Below are positions 20,250 to 31,052 of a DNA stretch of 64,000 nt, piece after piece. The position numbers and the translations under genes are program-made. Below the pieces are notes generated by a model, which was given only the letters and a program-made list of their open reading frames with translations, did not search any database and was not told the origin of the DNA. Within the stretch, counting starts at the first letter, position 1, and each line of letters opens with the position of its first letter. The stretch is from Candidatus Aenigmatarchaeota archaeon (GTDB lineage Archaea > Aenigmatarchaeota > Aenigmatarchaeia > CG10238-14 > SCSR01): contig JAWBPV010000001.1 in the NCBI GenBank assembly GCA_039000425.1, positions 38-64,037 on the forward strand. The letters run 5' to 3'.

Positions 20250-21845
20250 ATGGGAAACAAAACAACTTTTTGGCCTGATAAAGTTGCGATAGAATTGATA
20301 AAAAATTTCAAAGTTAAAAAACAAGTGGTAACAACGGGAACAAGTATTTCGGGTGATCCACACATAGGAAATGTGAACGATGTGGTAAAAGGACATGCTA
20401 TTTTCCTAGCTTTGAAGAAGCTCAAAGTTGATTCAGAATTAATTTGGGTTTCTGATGATATGGATCCTTTAAGGTCGGTTCCGAAAGATATGCCAAAAGA
20501 ACTTGAAAATTTCTTGGGAATGCCTGTATGTTACGTGCCTGATTTTTGGGGTTGTCATAAAAATTTTGCACAACACTTTGAAGAAAAATTCATCCAACAA
20601 CTCGAGTCAATTTTCATCAAGCCAAAGATTATGAAAGGTGTTGAAATGTATGAAAAAGGGATGTACAACAAAGTGATCAAACTAGCCATGAAAAATAAAA
20701 AAGAGATTGTAAAGATTTTGAATAAATATAGAACTTCTCCTTTACCCGAAGATTGGTATCCTGTCGATGTAATCTGCGAAAAATGTGGGAAGATAACGAA
20801 CACAAAAATATTGAGTTATGATGAAAAAAAAGTTGAAGTTGAATACGAGTGTTCGGAAAAATCCATTTTTTTGAAGAAAAAATACGAAGTGAAAGGATGT
20901 GGATACAAAGGTAAAACTTCTATATTGAATGGTAAAGCCAAGTTAACTTGGCGTGTTGAATGGCCTGCTCGTTGGGCTTTTTTGAAAACTACTTGTGAAC
21001 CTTTTGGTAAAGAACATGCAGCGGCTGGGGGAAGCTGGGATACCGGAAAAGAAATAGTGAAGCTTTTTGGATGGAAACCACCCTACCCTGTGATATACGA
21101 ACACTTTTTGGTTAACGGACAAAAAATGTCTAAATCTTTGGGGAATGTGATAACGCTACCAGACATGCTAAAATACATGAAGCCGCAACATGTAAGATAC
21201 TGGATGATTGAAGGTAAGCTAACTATAGCTAAAGACATAAATTTAAAAAATATCGTTCCTTCCGTGTGGAATGAGTTTGATAAAGCCGAGAGAATTTATT
21301 TTGGTTTTGAAACTTCTGGTAGTAAGAAAAAAGATAATAATTTCAAAAGAGCTTACGAGCTAGCTGTCGTTAAACCTAAAAAACCAATTCTTTTGAATGT
21401 TCCATTTGAAGTTATCGTAGAAATAGTGAAGATACTGCCAAGAGAAAATCAAGTTGAATTTGTTATCAAGAAATTGAAAGAGTTCAAGAGGTTGAAAGAG
21501 GAAAACAAAAAAATAAGGGAAAAAATTCGGGAAAAGGTAGAGTTTGTTAAAAGATGGTACGAAGATTTTGGAAAAATTGAAAGAGAAGTTAGAGTTGAAA
21601 TAGGTGAGAGGGAAAAAGCTGCTATTTCCGAATTGATTAAAGTTTTGGAAGTAGAGGAGAAGGGTGAAGAAATTCAGAAGAAGATATTTGAAATCGCGAA
21701 GAATTTCGACATACCTGCTGCCGAATTCTTCAAACTTCTATACAAGATAATTTTAAATTCTGACAGAGGCCCGAGGCTTGGACCGTATATAATAGATAGT
21801 GGAAAAGGAGAAATATTGAAAAAATTAAAAAATGCTATAAGATAA
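20250..21845 (+). CDS. lysS: Lysine--tRNA ligase, class I
   Basis: PHIGN, KLTWRVEWPARW, EPFGKEH, KMSKS, GPRLG. Confidence 0.96.
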   Translation: MGNKTTFWPDKVAIELIKNFKVKKQVVTTGTSISGDPHIGNVNDVVKGHAIFLALKKLKVDSELIWVSDDMDPLRSVPKDMPKELENFLGMPVCYVPDFWGCHKNFAQHFEEKFIQQLESIFIKPKIMKGVEMYEKGMYNKVIKLAMKNKKEIVKILNKYRTSPLPEDWYPVDVICEKCGKITNTKILSYDEKKVEVEYECSEKSIFLKKKYEVKGCGYKGKTSILNGKAKLTWRVEWPARWAFLKTTCEPFGKEHAAAGGSWDTGKEIVKLFGWKPPYPVIYEHFLVNGQKMSKSLGNVITLPDMLKYMKPQHVRYWMIEGKLTIAKDINLKNIVPSVWNEFDKAERIYFGFETSGSKKKDNNFKRAYELAVVKPKKPILLNVPFEVIVEIVKILPRENQVEFVIKKLKEFKRLKEENKKIREKIREKVEFVKRWYEDFGKIEREVRVEIGEREKAAISELIKVLEVEEKGEEIQKKIFEIAKNFDIPAAEFFKLLYKIILNSDRGPRLGPYIIDSGKGEILKKLKNAIR

Positions 21846-21846
21846 A

Positions 21847-22554
21847 GTGGCCACTATAAAACTTTTCTGGGAAAATCCCTACCAAAGAGAATTCGATGCT
21901 AAAGTTTTGGTCATCGAGGGGAATAAAGTTATTCTAGATCAAACTTGCTTTTACGCCAAAAGTGGGGGACAAATAAATGATACTGGAGAGATAAATGGAA
22001 TAAAAGTTGTTGATGTTTTAAAAGATGATGAAGAGAATATAATTCATGTTCTTGAGAAAGAGCCTGAGTTTAAAGTTGGTGATGTAGTTCATTGTAAAAT
22101 AGACTGGGAGAGAAGGTACAATATCATGAGATTACATTCAGCTGCTCATGTTATTTCAGCTGCTCTGGTTAGAAATTTTGGAAATGTTCTTTTCACAGGA
22201 AGCCAAATTTATCCAGATAGAGCTAGAATGGACTTCAACTTGGAAAAACTTGATGATGAAGTTGTGAGAGAAATAGAGGAAAAAGCCAATGAGATTGTTT
22301 CTCTAAATTTGCCTATAACTTCAAGGATAATTTCTAAAGAAGAGCTCGAATCTAATCCAAAGCTCATGAGACTTGCTGATGTTTCCCATTATCAACAGTT
22401 TAAAATTTTGAGAGTTGTGGAAATAGGTGATATCGATGCACAACTTGATGGAGGAACTCATGTCGCTACTACAAAAGAAATTGGAAAGATTAAAATAATT
22501 AAAAGAGAAAACAAAGGTAAAAATAATCGTAGGATAACTATTATTGTAGAATGA
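21847..22554 (+). CDS. alaXM: Free-standing alanyl-tRNA editing protein AlaX-M
   Basis: FYAKSGGQ..DTG, HSAAH, DGGTHV, NKGKNNRR. Confidence 0.9.
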   Translation: MATIKLFWENPYQREFDAKVLVIEGNKVILDQTCFYAKSGGQINDTGEINGIKVVDVLKDDEENIIHVLEKEPEFKVGDVVHCKIDWERRYNIMRLHSAAHVISAALVRNFGNVLFTGSQIYPDRARMDFNLEKLDDEVVREIEEKANEIVSLNLPITSRIISKEELESNPKLMRLADVSHYQQFKILRVVEIGDIDAQLDGGTHVATTKEIGKIKIIKRENKGKNNRRITIIVE

Positions 22555-23603
22555 TTGAGTCTAAAATTTTTAAAAATGAGGAAGTTTTGTCGCCAGAATA
22601 TTTGCCAGAATTCTTGCCTCATCGTGAACAGCAAATTAAGCATTTAGCTGAAAATTTACTTCCCGTTGCTAAAAAAAGAATTCCACAAAACACTTTCATT
22701 TTTGGCCCACCTGGTACAGGAAAAACTGCAAGCGTGAAATTTGTTTTTAGAGAATTTGAAAATTATTCTGGGATAAAATCAATTTACATAAATTGTTGGG
22801 ATTACAAGACAATCGTTGCAATCTTGAGTAAAATTTCTTTAGACCTTGGTGGTTTTGTTCAAAGGAGGGGATTGGGTAAAGATGAGATTTTGGAAAGAGC
22901 AATAGAAATTTGTAACAAGCTTGATAAAGGTTTGGTTATTTGTTTAGATGAAGTCGATCAACTAATTTTTCATGATAAGTCTGCTCTATACGATTTGTTG
23001 AGGCTAAGTCAGTATGTGAAGTCCCATATTGGTTTAATTTTCGTTTCAAACAATCAATTTGTGTTTGCAAATGTTGAGCCTAGGATAAGAAGCAGCTTAA
23101 ACGTAGAAGAAATGGAATTCAAACCTTATTCTTTACTAGAAATGAAAGATATACTCGAAGAAAGGGCAAAGCTTGCTTTCACTTCTTTCGAAAGTGCCGT
23201 CATTTTGCTAGCTGCAAATCATGCTGTTCAAAATGGTGGAGATGTGAGAGTTGGATTAGAGTGCTTGCTCAAAGCTGGTAGACAAGCTGAAAAAGAAGGG
23301 GAAAGAAAAGTTAAAGTTTCGCACATTAAAGCAGTATTATCAAGCGTGAATCCAATTAAACCTGAAATCTTGAAGGAAAAATTGAATTTGGATGAAAAAA
23401 TAATACTACAGATTGTAGATGAAGAGAAAAGAATTTTCACAGATGAATTGTATTTCATCTACTCTAACAGAATAGAATATCCTGTAGGAGAAAGGAGGTT
23501 CAGAGATTTCCTAAAGCATCTAGTAGATATTGGTCTTATAAAGATTTTAACAAGAAAAAGAGGTATAAGAGGTAAGAAAAGGATTGTAATAAAAAACATG
23601 TAA
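22551..23603 (+). CDS. cdc6: Cdc6/Orc1 family replication initiator
   Basis: LPHRE, Walker A GPPGTGKT, YINC, LDEVD, GDVR, C-terminal winged helix. Confidence 0.9.
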   Translation: MIESKIFKNEEVLSPEYLPEFLPHREQQIKHLAENLLPVAKKRIPQNTFIFGPPGTGKTASVKFVFREFENYSGIKSIYINCWDYKTIVAILSKISLDLGGFVQRRGLGKDEILERAIEICNKLDKGLVICLDEVDQLIFHDKSALYDLLRLSQYVKSHIGLIFVSNNQFVFANVEPRIRSSLNVEEMEFKPYSLLEMKDILEERAKLAFTSFESAVILLAANHAVQNGGDVRVGLECLLKAGRQAEKEGERKVKVSHIKAVLSSVNPIKPEILKEKLNLDEKIILQIVDEEKRIFTDELYFIYSNRIEYPVGERRFRDFLKHLVDIGLIKILTRKRGIRGKKRIVIKNM

Positions 23604-23671
23604 TCCGAGGATAGGTAAACTTGGGAAAATTAGGAACGATATTTTATTTAAGTTGATTAAAAATTATTTTT

Positions 23672-25813
23672 ATGAGATTTAACCTAAAATTCTTTTTAAT
23701 AAGGAATTTAGAAAATTTGGTCAATTTTTTCGTGTTTTTTTCTATATTTCTATTTTTAATTAGCTATTTTAAGCCAGAATACTTATTTTTGAAAACAATA
23801 GTTGCTGGTGGGGACACAGCATCACACTACTATCCAGCTTATTTCCTTAAACATTATCTCCTACCAAAATTGAAAATAGTTGGGTGGTGCCCAGGTTGGT
23901 ATGCTGGATTCCCCATATTCCAATTTTATTTTCCTTTTCTGTTTATTGTGAGTGTTTTGGTGAGCTACTTGATTCCACTGGAAATTGCTTTTAAGTTGGT
24001 TACTGTTCTTGGTACATTTCTCTTGCCTTTAACAACATTTTTTTCTTTAAAACTCATGGGCTTCAAATTCCCAACACCAACAATTGCTGCTATTTTTACA
24101 TTAGCTTTTCTATTCAATGAAGGTAACTCAATGTGGGGAGGAAATATACCCAGTACATTGGCGGGTGAATTTTCATATAGCTTTAGTTTGTCATTAACGA
24201 TGTTGTTTTTTGGTTTACTTTATTCGAGCATAGATAAACAAAAAAACTTGATAAAAAACTCGATTGTTTTTGCTGTTATAACATTCACACATATTTACAC
24301 AACATTATTCAGTATTACATCTTCTGCTTTCTTTTTAATCAATAAAAAAATGAAAAAAATATTCGAAAATTTCTCTTATCTTTTCAAAGTCTACATCTTG
24401 GCCTTTCTTTTAATAGGTTTCTGGTTAGTTCCGTTTGCCCTTAACTTGGAGTATACTACACCTTATAATTTCAGATGGATTTATTTTGATGTAAGAAAAG
24501 AAATACTGCCAGATATTTTGTTGCCATTTGTTTTATTAGCATGTGTAGGAATAGTAAAAGGTATTAAAAATAAGGATAAAAGAATTCTCTTCTTTTTATT
24601 CTCAATTGTAGTTTCGTGTATATTTTATTTTTTGTCTCCAACCCTGGGCGTTGTTGATATAAGATTTCTGCCATTTATTCAAGTTTTTATAACTTTGATA
24701 GCAGGATATGCTGTTGGAGAAATGATAAGAAAAATTAGAATATCTTGGTTGATGTCAATTGTTGTTTTACTCATCACTATAGTTTGGGTAAACAAAAATG
24801 TGACATACATTCATTTTTGGATAAAATGGAATTATGAGGGATTTGAAAATAAACCTTTGTGGAATGTTTTCCGAGATATTAATGAGTATTTAAGAGGATC
24901 TTACAAAGATCCAAGAGTAATTTTTGAACATTCTAACTTACATGACTCAGCTGGTTCACCGAGAGCGTTTGAATCTTTACCTCTTTTCTCGGGAAGATCA
25001 ACATATGAAGGATTGTACATGCAATCAAGTATTTCTTCACCTTTTATATTTTATTTCCAAACAGAAATATCAGAAACTGCACCTTGTCCTTATCCTCAAT
25101 GGTCTCCCTGCACTAGCTATAATTCAACAAAAGCAGCTAAACATTTGGCCATGTTTAATGTTGAATATATTATAGTTAGAACGGATAGCGTAAAAAATGA
25201 TCTTAAAATGAATGAGTTATACGCACATGTGGCAACTTTTGAGCCTTATGAAATATACAAATTGAAGATAAATCCAAATAAATATGTGACAGTACCAAAG
25301 TATCAACCTGTAGTTTTTGAAAGTAAAAATTGGAAAGTCGTGGCTTATGAATGGTTTAAGAGAGAAGAACTACTTGATGTACCTTTAGTTTTTACAGATG
25401 ATAAATCAGAATTTTCTTTGTTTTCAAGTTCGCTTCCAGAAATACCAAAAGTTCCTTTGAATAATACATGCAACATACAAGAAGAGATAGACATTGAAGA
25501 GATAAAGTTTAGCACAGATTGTATTGGCAAACCTCACATAATCAGCATTTCTTATTATCCGAATTGGAAAGTTGAGGGGGCAAGAAAAATTTATTTAGTA
25601 TCCCCATCTTTCATGCTTGTTATTCCTAATCAAAAAGATGTGAGAATTTATTATGGTGAAAGTTTTGTGGATTTCTTGGGAAAAATTTCGAGCTATCTTG
25701 GAGTATTGTTGATAGCCTTTATTATTCTTTCTCGAAACCAAAAATTCAAAAGATTCATAAAACGGTACACAGCATCTTTGAAGAAATTGAACCTACTTTT
25801 TCTCACATCATAA
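23672..25813 (+). CDS. Polytopic membrane protein, PTPS-related / GT-C-like
   Basis: GGDTASH, GWYAGFP..FYFP, GGNIPSTLAGEFS, KWNYEGFE; many TM helices; in glycosylation cluster. Confidence 0.7.
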   Translation: MRFNLKFFLIRNLENLVNFFVFFSIFLFLISYFKPEYLFLKTIVAGGDTASHYYPAYFLKHYLLPKLKIVGWCPGWYAGFPIFQFYFPFLFIVSVLVSYLIPLEIAFKLVTVLGTFLLPLTTFFSLKLMGFKFPTPTIAAIFTLAFLFNEGNSMWGGNIPSTLAGEFSYSFSLSLTMLFFGLLYSSIDKQKNLIKNSIVFAVITFTHIYTTLFSITSSAFFLINKKMKKIFENFSYLFKVYILAFLLIGFWLVPFALNLEYTTPYNFRWIYFDVRKEILPDILLPFVLLACVGIVKGIKNKDKRILFFLFSIVVSCIFYFLSPTLGVVDIRFLPFIQVFITLIAGYAVGEMIRKIRISWLMSIVVLLITIVWVNKNVTYIHFWIKWNYEGFENKPLWNVFRDINEYLRGSYKDPRVIFEHSNLHDSAGSPRAFESLPLFSGRSTYEGLYMQSSISSPFIFYFQTEISETAPCPYPQWSPCTSYNSTKAAKHLAMFNVEYIIVRTDSVKNDLKMNELYAHVATFEPYEIYKLKINPNKYVTVPKYQPVVFESKNWKVVAYEWFKREELLDVPLVFTDDKSEFSLFSSSLPEIPKVPLNNTCNIQEEIDIEEIKFSTDCIGKPHIISISYYPNWKVEGARKIYLVSPSFMLVIPNQKDVRIYYGESFVDFLGKISSYLGVLLIAFIILSRNQKFKRFIKRYTASLKKLNLLFLTS

Positions 25814-26418
25814 ACTTTAACTGGAATTTCAACTATCTTCAAACCTTCTTGTTTGAAAAAAAATATTAATTTAATTACATAGAATGTAGATCTATCAATA
25901 ACCTCTAATTTATCCATTAGATACCTTTTTCTATAACCCTTTGCTCCAATTGAATAGTCTGAAAATTCTAAACCTAAGAGTATTTTTATTAGAAATATAC
26001 CAATAATACTCAACATTTTCCTTATAAGAGGTCTTTTTTGTGTATCTATTTTTGAACCTATAACCATACTATTATCGTCCAACAGTTTCAAACATTTCAA
26101 GATGAAATTCTCAAAGTCTAAAGTTAAATCCATGTCTAAAGAAATTAACTTATCAGAAGATGCTACAGTTACCATTTTTTTAAAAGCAAAACCCACACTC
26201 TTGCTTTCAGGTATAGTTAAGAATTTTACTTTGTTTGGAAATTGAAGTTCCAATTTTTTTCCCAAATTTTTCGTTTTGTCTGTCGAGCCATTATCACATA
26301 TAAGTATCTCGTACGGTTTATGTAGGGTGTCAAGAAATTTAATCAGTTTTTTTGTATTTTTAACTATAATTTTTTCCTCATTGTACACTGGAATCATTAT
26401 TGAAAATTTTTCTTTCAT
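25693..26418 (-). CDS. Glycosyltransferase family 2 (DPM synthase-like)
   Basis: IPVYNEE, DNGSTD, DMD. Confidence 0.88.
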   Translation of the reverse strand: MKEKFSIMIPVYNEEKIIVKNTKKLIKFLDTLHKPYEILICDNGSTDKTKNLGKKLELQFPNKVKFLTIPESKSVGFAFKKMVTVASSDKLISLDMDLTLDFENFILKCLKLLDDNSMVIGSKIDTQKRPLIRKMLSIIGIFLIKILLGLEFSDYSIGAKGYRKRYLMDKLEVIDRSTFYVIKLIFFFKQEGLKIVEIPVKVYDVRKSRFNFFKDAVYRFMNLLNFWFRERIIKAINNTPR

Positions 26419-26488
26419 AGAGCTTTCTATTTTAAAAAGAGTATTGGGAAAAAATAAAATTATTTTTTCATAAAACCAAACAAGAATA

Positions 26489-27964
26489 ATGGAAAATGAT
26501 GGAATTTATCTCATGTTTTTTTCGATACTCATCGTTATTTTTCTCATTTATTCTTCATTCGATATTGGTAGCCCGTTAAGTGATGCTCACCCAGGATTTA
26601 TCGCAGGACAATACAGTGAATACGCCATTAATTACATTAAATTTGGTTATCTCAAAACAAAGCTTGCTCAGCTCTGGAATACAGGTGGATTAGAAACAGG
26701 AAAAGAAGTATATGAAAATTACGTCCACAGGCCTATTGGTACTGCATTGCTGCTATCATTAAGCTTCCGTGTGTTTGGAGTTAGTGAATGGTCAGCAAGA
26801 ATAATTCAAATTATTGCAAACCTTGGATCTGTTTTATTTTTATATCTCATCGTTAAAAATATTTTCAATAGAAAGATTGCACTCATAACTTGTTTTTTTC
26901 TAGTTTTTTCTCCTATGTTTTTCTACATGAGAAACTTTATATCTCCAGATGCTTTAATTATTTTCTTTATTTTTGCAACTTTGTATTTTTATATTCTTTG
27001 GCTTAAACACAGTAAATCTCTACATCTTTATCTTTTATTCATTACATTTTCTCTTGGAGCCTTTATTGAATGGAGTATAAACTTCATCGTTCCTGTGATT
27101 TTAATTCATTATTTTATTCTCCACAGGCCTAAGCACAAAGAAAGGAGAAAGAATTGTTTAATGATATTAATTTTGTTGTCTTTCATAACTTTTTCAATAA
27201 ATGTTTTACATATTTGGCTTGTTAGCGGAATTAAAGGATTATCTGACTTATATTTCATATTTCTTTTCAGAGCAAACTTGAACGAAGCTTCTTGGGGATA
27301 CAACATAAGCTTGGTTGGACTTTTGAATCATCTATATAGGGATATTTCATATTTCTATACTCCTTTGTTATTTGTAGTATTACTCATATTCGTTGGTAAA
27401 ACAATTATCAAAAAAACATTCTACAATTGGGATGGTTTGTTTCTTCTAGTTCTTGCTTCATTTTTATCTTATCTTTTTGTTTTCAGTAATTTGTACTGGA
27501 TTCATGATTTTTTGATACTTTTCATCCTTCCCGGTATTTTCTTAGCCACAGCTTCTTTCTTTGAAACTTTAGAAAAATGTGTGAAAAGAAAAGTTTTCTA
27601 TTTAATTTTGTTTATTTTTATGTTTTCTTTTTTGTACTACTCATATCCAACGATCAAAAAGATATATGAAGGTAATTCGAATGTGTCAGAATTAATAATT
27701 TTTTTAGCTCAAAATCCTGGAGACATAATAATATCTTTTAATGAACACCCACAAAATTTTCAACTAAAATTTTATTTACAAGGAAGAAAAATTTATTATG
27801 CAAGAGATATCGAAACTTTCAAAAAAATAGTGGAAAAAGAAAACGTCAAATTTTTCATTGAAAAAAATGAAGAACCATTAGATCAAGAATTTGAAAATTA
27901 CTTGGTAAATAATTTTCAACATACAATATTGGGAAAATATGTGATATTCATTCTTACAAAATGA
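26489..27964 (+). CDS. GT-C fold glycosyltransferase (PMT/ArnT-like)
   Basis: YVHRP, FGVSEWSAR, multiple TM helices. Confidence 0.8.
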   Translation: MENDGIYLMFFSILIVIFLIYSSFDIGSPLSDAHPGFIAGQYSEYAINYIKFGYLKTKLAQLWNTGGLETGKEVYENYVHRPIGTALLLSLSFRVFGVSEWSARIIQIIANLGSVLFLYLIVKNIFNRKIALITCFFLVFSPMFFYMRNFISPDALIIFFIFATLYFYILWLKHSKSLHLYLLFITFSLGAFIEWSINFIVPVILIHYFILHRPKHKERRKNCLMILILLSFITFSINVLHIWLVSGIKGLSDLYFIFLFRANLNEASWGYNISLVGLLNHLYRDISYFYTPLLFVVLLIFVGKTIIKKTFYNWDGLFLLVLASFLSYLFVFSNLYWIHDFLILFILPGIFLATASFFETLEKCVKRKVFYLILFIFMFSFLYYSYPTIKKIYEGNSNVSELIIFLAQNPGDIIISFNEHPQNFQLKFYLQGRKIYYARDIETFKKIVEKENVKFFIEKNEEPLDQEFENYLVNNFQHTILGKYVIFILTK

Positions 27965-27993
27965 TAATTTAGTTTTTTTCAAACCAGCTCACT

Positions 27994-29466
27994 TCATTGC
28001 ATTTTCTTTAAAACGTAAATGTTTTCTTTCTCTAAAATTTTAGAATAAGTACCATTTTCTAACAGTTTATTAATAATTTCTTCTTTCTCAAATTCATTTG
28101 GTGTATCGTCGAGCAAAATGTAGTCAACATCTTTGAGTGGTGGTGGTGGTGTGAAATTTCCCAATTCTAAACCCCAATAAACTTCCTTGAATGGGTTTGG
28201 AAACATATAGATGATTTTTCTATGAGAAAGATGAGGGACAAACAAATAAGTTGCTGAAACAGTTGCGTTTTTTGGGATAATTGAAATTGCCATGTATCTT
28301 GCTTTTTCCTGTTCATTAAACTCACTAAACTTTTTCATAATTTCAATTATTGCACAGCTTTTTATCGAAGTAACCGCTGGCCCAATCAAAATATTTCCAA
28401 TTAATGAAAAAATTAATAAAATTGTTAGAAAAATTTTGAATAAAAATTTCTTCTTTCTCAAAAATATTTTGAGAAATGAGAAAAAATAAACGAGCGAGAT
28501 GAACATAAATGGTATTATAGCATAGGTGTAATGGTATCGAATTGAATGAGCATAAGGCCAAGTAGTCATCAAATTCAGCATAATTGCAGGTAATACAAGA
28601 AATGATGTTTTGGGGTATAAAATTGGGAAAAAGCCAATAGGAAATAGAAGTTCGAAAATATATTGGCGATTTTCTTTCGTGTTAAGAGTTAAAATTTCAA
28701 TAGGATTTAACAAAAAATTTTTAGTTCTTTCTACAAAATCTCCACCTCTTTTAATATTTGGATGTGGATAGTTTCCTAAATAATAGGGGAAAATAACATT
28801 AAAGATGATGAATAACCAAACCAACCCCGAAATAATTGTTATAATACCTATTTTTTTGTCACAAAAAAATAAAGCATACAAGCCGAGTGAAAGTATGGAT
28901 AATACCAACTCTTCTCTTGTCAATAAAAGAAGAAAAACGAAAATAAAATAATAGAAAAATTTTCTTTTTGTAAGAAAATAGAAAGCAAAAAATAAAAAAG
29001 GTACAGCTAAAACAACTGGATGAAAATTCTCTAAGTTAAGATAGTGCAAGGCAGGATACAAAAAATAAGCAAAAACAAAAAGTAAAGGTAAAAATTTACT
29101 TTTTAATTGTTCTTTACCAATTAAAAATAGGGGTAGAGCACCCAACGAAAGTACAAAACTCTGAGCAATTAATAACACTCTAGCATCATCCCACAACCAA
29201 TAAAGTGGGGCAAAAAATATTGTTGTGAATTGAATATGGTCTCCAAACAAATGTAGGCCTCTAACCGTTACAAAAGGTTCTTCACCATTGCTCAAGAGCC
29301 ATATACCTTGATCAAATATTCCTAAATCAAATGCAGAAAAAAAGAACCTGTTGTAATAATCTATTGAGATTATGCTTAAGATTGCTGTGTAAAAAAACAT
29401 CATAAATAAAAGAATGATGTAAGGCGTACAGTAGTAAAGTTTTTTCTTTATAAACTTTTTTCCCAT
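27994..29466 (-). CDS. DUF2079-like membrane protein (putative GT-C glycosyltransferase)
   Basis: FDLGIFDQ, FGDH, FHP, REE, HY, PHLSHR motifs. Confidence 0.78.
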   Translation of the reverse strand: MGKKFIKKKLYYCTPYIILLFMMFFYTAILSIISIDYYNRFFFSAFDLGIFDQGIWLLSNGEEPFVTVRGLHLFGDHIQFTTIFFAPLYWLWDDARVLLIAQSFVLSLGALPLFLIGKEQLKSKFLPLLFVFAYFLYPALHYLNLENFHPVVLAVPFLFFAFYFLTKRKFFYYFIFVFLLLLTREELVLSILSLGLYALFFCDKKIGIITIISGLVWLFIIFNVIFPYYLGNYPHPNIKRGGDFVERTKNFLLNPIEILTLNTKENRQYIFELLFPIGFFPILYPKTSFLVLPAIMLNLMTTWPYAHSIRYHYTYAIIPFMFISLVYFFSFLKIFLRKKKFLFKIFLTILLIFSLIGNILIGPAVTSIKSCAIIEIMKKFSEFNEQEKARYMAISIIPKNATVSATYLFVPHLSHRKIIYMFPNPFKEVYWGLELGNFTPPPPLKDVDYILLDDTPNEFEKEEIINKLLENGTYSKILEKENIYVLKKMQ

Positions 29467-30242
29467 AATTCCCTCAAACCATCTCTTAATTTTATTGGAT
29501 TTTTAACACATGGTCTTGTTGAAACAGAATATTTTATTATTTCATAAGGACGAGGTTTATATTTAATTTTTATATCTTTTTCCGTAATTTCTTTCATGAT
29601 TTCAACCAACTCATTTACAGAAGTTCCAATTCCCGTTCCGACCTCATAAACTCCTGACTTGTAATCTTTTTCGATAAAATCTTTGATTGTCTTTACAACA
29701 TCTTTCACATGGATATAATCTCTTACATATTCACCATCATCATATATCGTTAATGGTAAATTCTTATTTATCCTCTTTAAAAACTCTCTGACTATTCCCT
29801 TATCATTTCCTTCGCCATAAACATTGAAAATTCTTAAACTTATAACATTAATCCCATATAATCTACTATACAATTCACACAATTGTTCTCCATGTAATTT
29901 AGAAATTCCATATGGAGTTTTAAAACCTACAGCGGCAGAGGAAGCATTTATCACTTTCTTTATTTTCAATATTCTAGCTACCTCTAAAACATTTATTGTG
30001 CCTAAGATATTAGTTGTCAAATAATCCCAAGGTCTCTTAATCGATTCCGAGTCAAGACACAAAGCTGCTAGATGTACTATAACGTTAACTTTTCTTGAAT
30101 TTTTTAAGAGAGCTTCAAATCTTCTGATATCTTCTTTTGGACTATTCTTTATATCAAAAACTACGACTTCGTGTTCTTTAGATAATTCTTCGATTAAATG
30201 AGAACCTATGAATCCTTTTCCACCGGTAACTAATATTTTCAT
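29448..30242 (-). CDS. NAD-dependent sugar epimerase/dehydratase
   Basis: TGGKGFIGSH, HLAA, YGISK, RDYIHV. Confidence 0.92.
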   Translation of the reverse strand: MKILVTGGKGFIGSHLIEELSKEHEVVVFDIKNSPKEDIRRFEALLKNSRKVNVIVHLAALCLDSESIKRPWDYLTTNILGTINVLEVARILKIKKVINASSAAVGFKTPYGISKLHGEQLCELYSRLYGINVISLRIFNVYGEGNDKGIVREFLKRINKNLPLTIYDDGEYVRDYIHVKDVVKTIKDFIEKDYKSGVYEVGTGIGTSVNELVEIMKEITEKDIKIKYKPRPYEIIKYSVSTRPCVKNPIKLRDGLRELWEKSL

Positions 30243-30265
30243 TCATTCACTAAATTAGATATAAA

Positions 30266-30994
30266 TTAAAAACATTTTAAGTTTGATTTATTCGCCAACA
30301 TAAAAATTAATTGCCTGATCTCAAATCTAGGTCTCCATCTGAAAACTTCATTACTTGAGAACTTTATTGTTCCCTTATCTCCATTTATTGTAACTTGATA
30401 CCGATTATTTTCATTTAAAAATTTTATCCTTGGTTTAAAAGATATAATCCTTAAATTCTCCGGATATTTTTTTAACTTTTCTAGATAATTTTCATTATCT
30501 TCCAAATGATTTCCTTTAAGAATTTCGTAAACGAAACCATCAACATGTTTAAATACAGCCTGCTTCAACTCTGTTGCATGATTGGAGTAAATTTCTTGAA
30601 GTTGTTTAGAAGTGAGGGTTAGTTTCTTGAACTTAATTTTCAACAAACTTTCAAGAAAACGAACTATTTCTCTCGTTCTATTGTCAAAACCGCGATAAAC
30701 TTCCAATGTTTTTGAAAATAAATTTATAAAACAATATGTCCTTTTCAAAACTTTTTGCTTTCCGTTGCTCTTCAAAAAAGAAACTATTTCATGAATATCT
30801 TCCAAAATTATAGATTTTTTAAAAGCAGTTTCTATATCTTCGTAATACCAATACTGTAAGAAAACTTCTCCTTTACTGTACTTACTCTCTTTCGCGATCA
30901 ACCAACTATTTCCATTTCTCTTTTCATCTAGGGTATTAACTATTTCTTCAACATTCGGTAACTTTTCAAAGACAAACACAGTGATTACTGGCAT
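30266..30994 (-). CDS. Hypothetical protein
   Basis: 242-aa ORF filling the gap, no recognised motif. Confidence 0.6.
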   Translation of the reverse strand: MPVITVFVFEKLPNVEEIVNTLDEKRNGNSWLIAKESKYSKGEVFLQYWYYEDIETAFKKSIILEDIHEIVSFLKSNGKQKVLKRTYCFINLFSKTLEVYRGFDNRTREIVRFLESLLKIKFKKLTLTSKQLQEIYSNHATELKQAVFKHVDGFVYEILKGNHLEDNENYLEKLKKYPENLRIISFKPRIKFLNENNRYQVTINGDKGTIKFSSNEVFRWRPRFEIRQLIFMLANKSNLKCF

Positions 30995-31052
30995 TTTTTA
31001 AAATTGAATAAAAATTATTAATATAATTTTTGAACTCACAAAACAAGTGAAA

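Noticed and set aside
22441..22464. DGGTH in place of CGGTH in AlaX
   Set aside because: Asp at this ligand position occurs in other AlaX-M proteins and does not indicate inactivation.
23604..23671. Replication origin next to cdc6
   Set aside because: No ORB-like repeats recognised and the spacer is very short.
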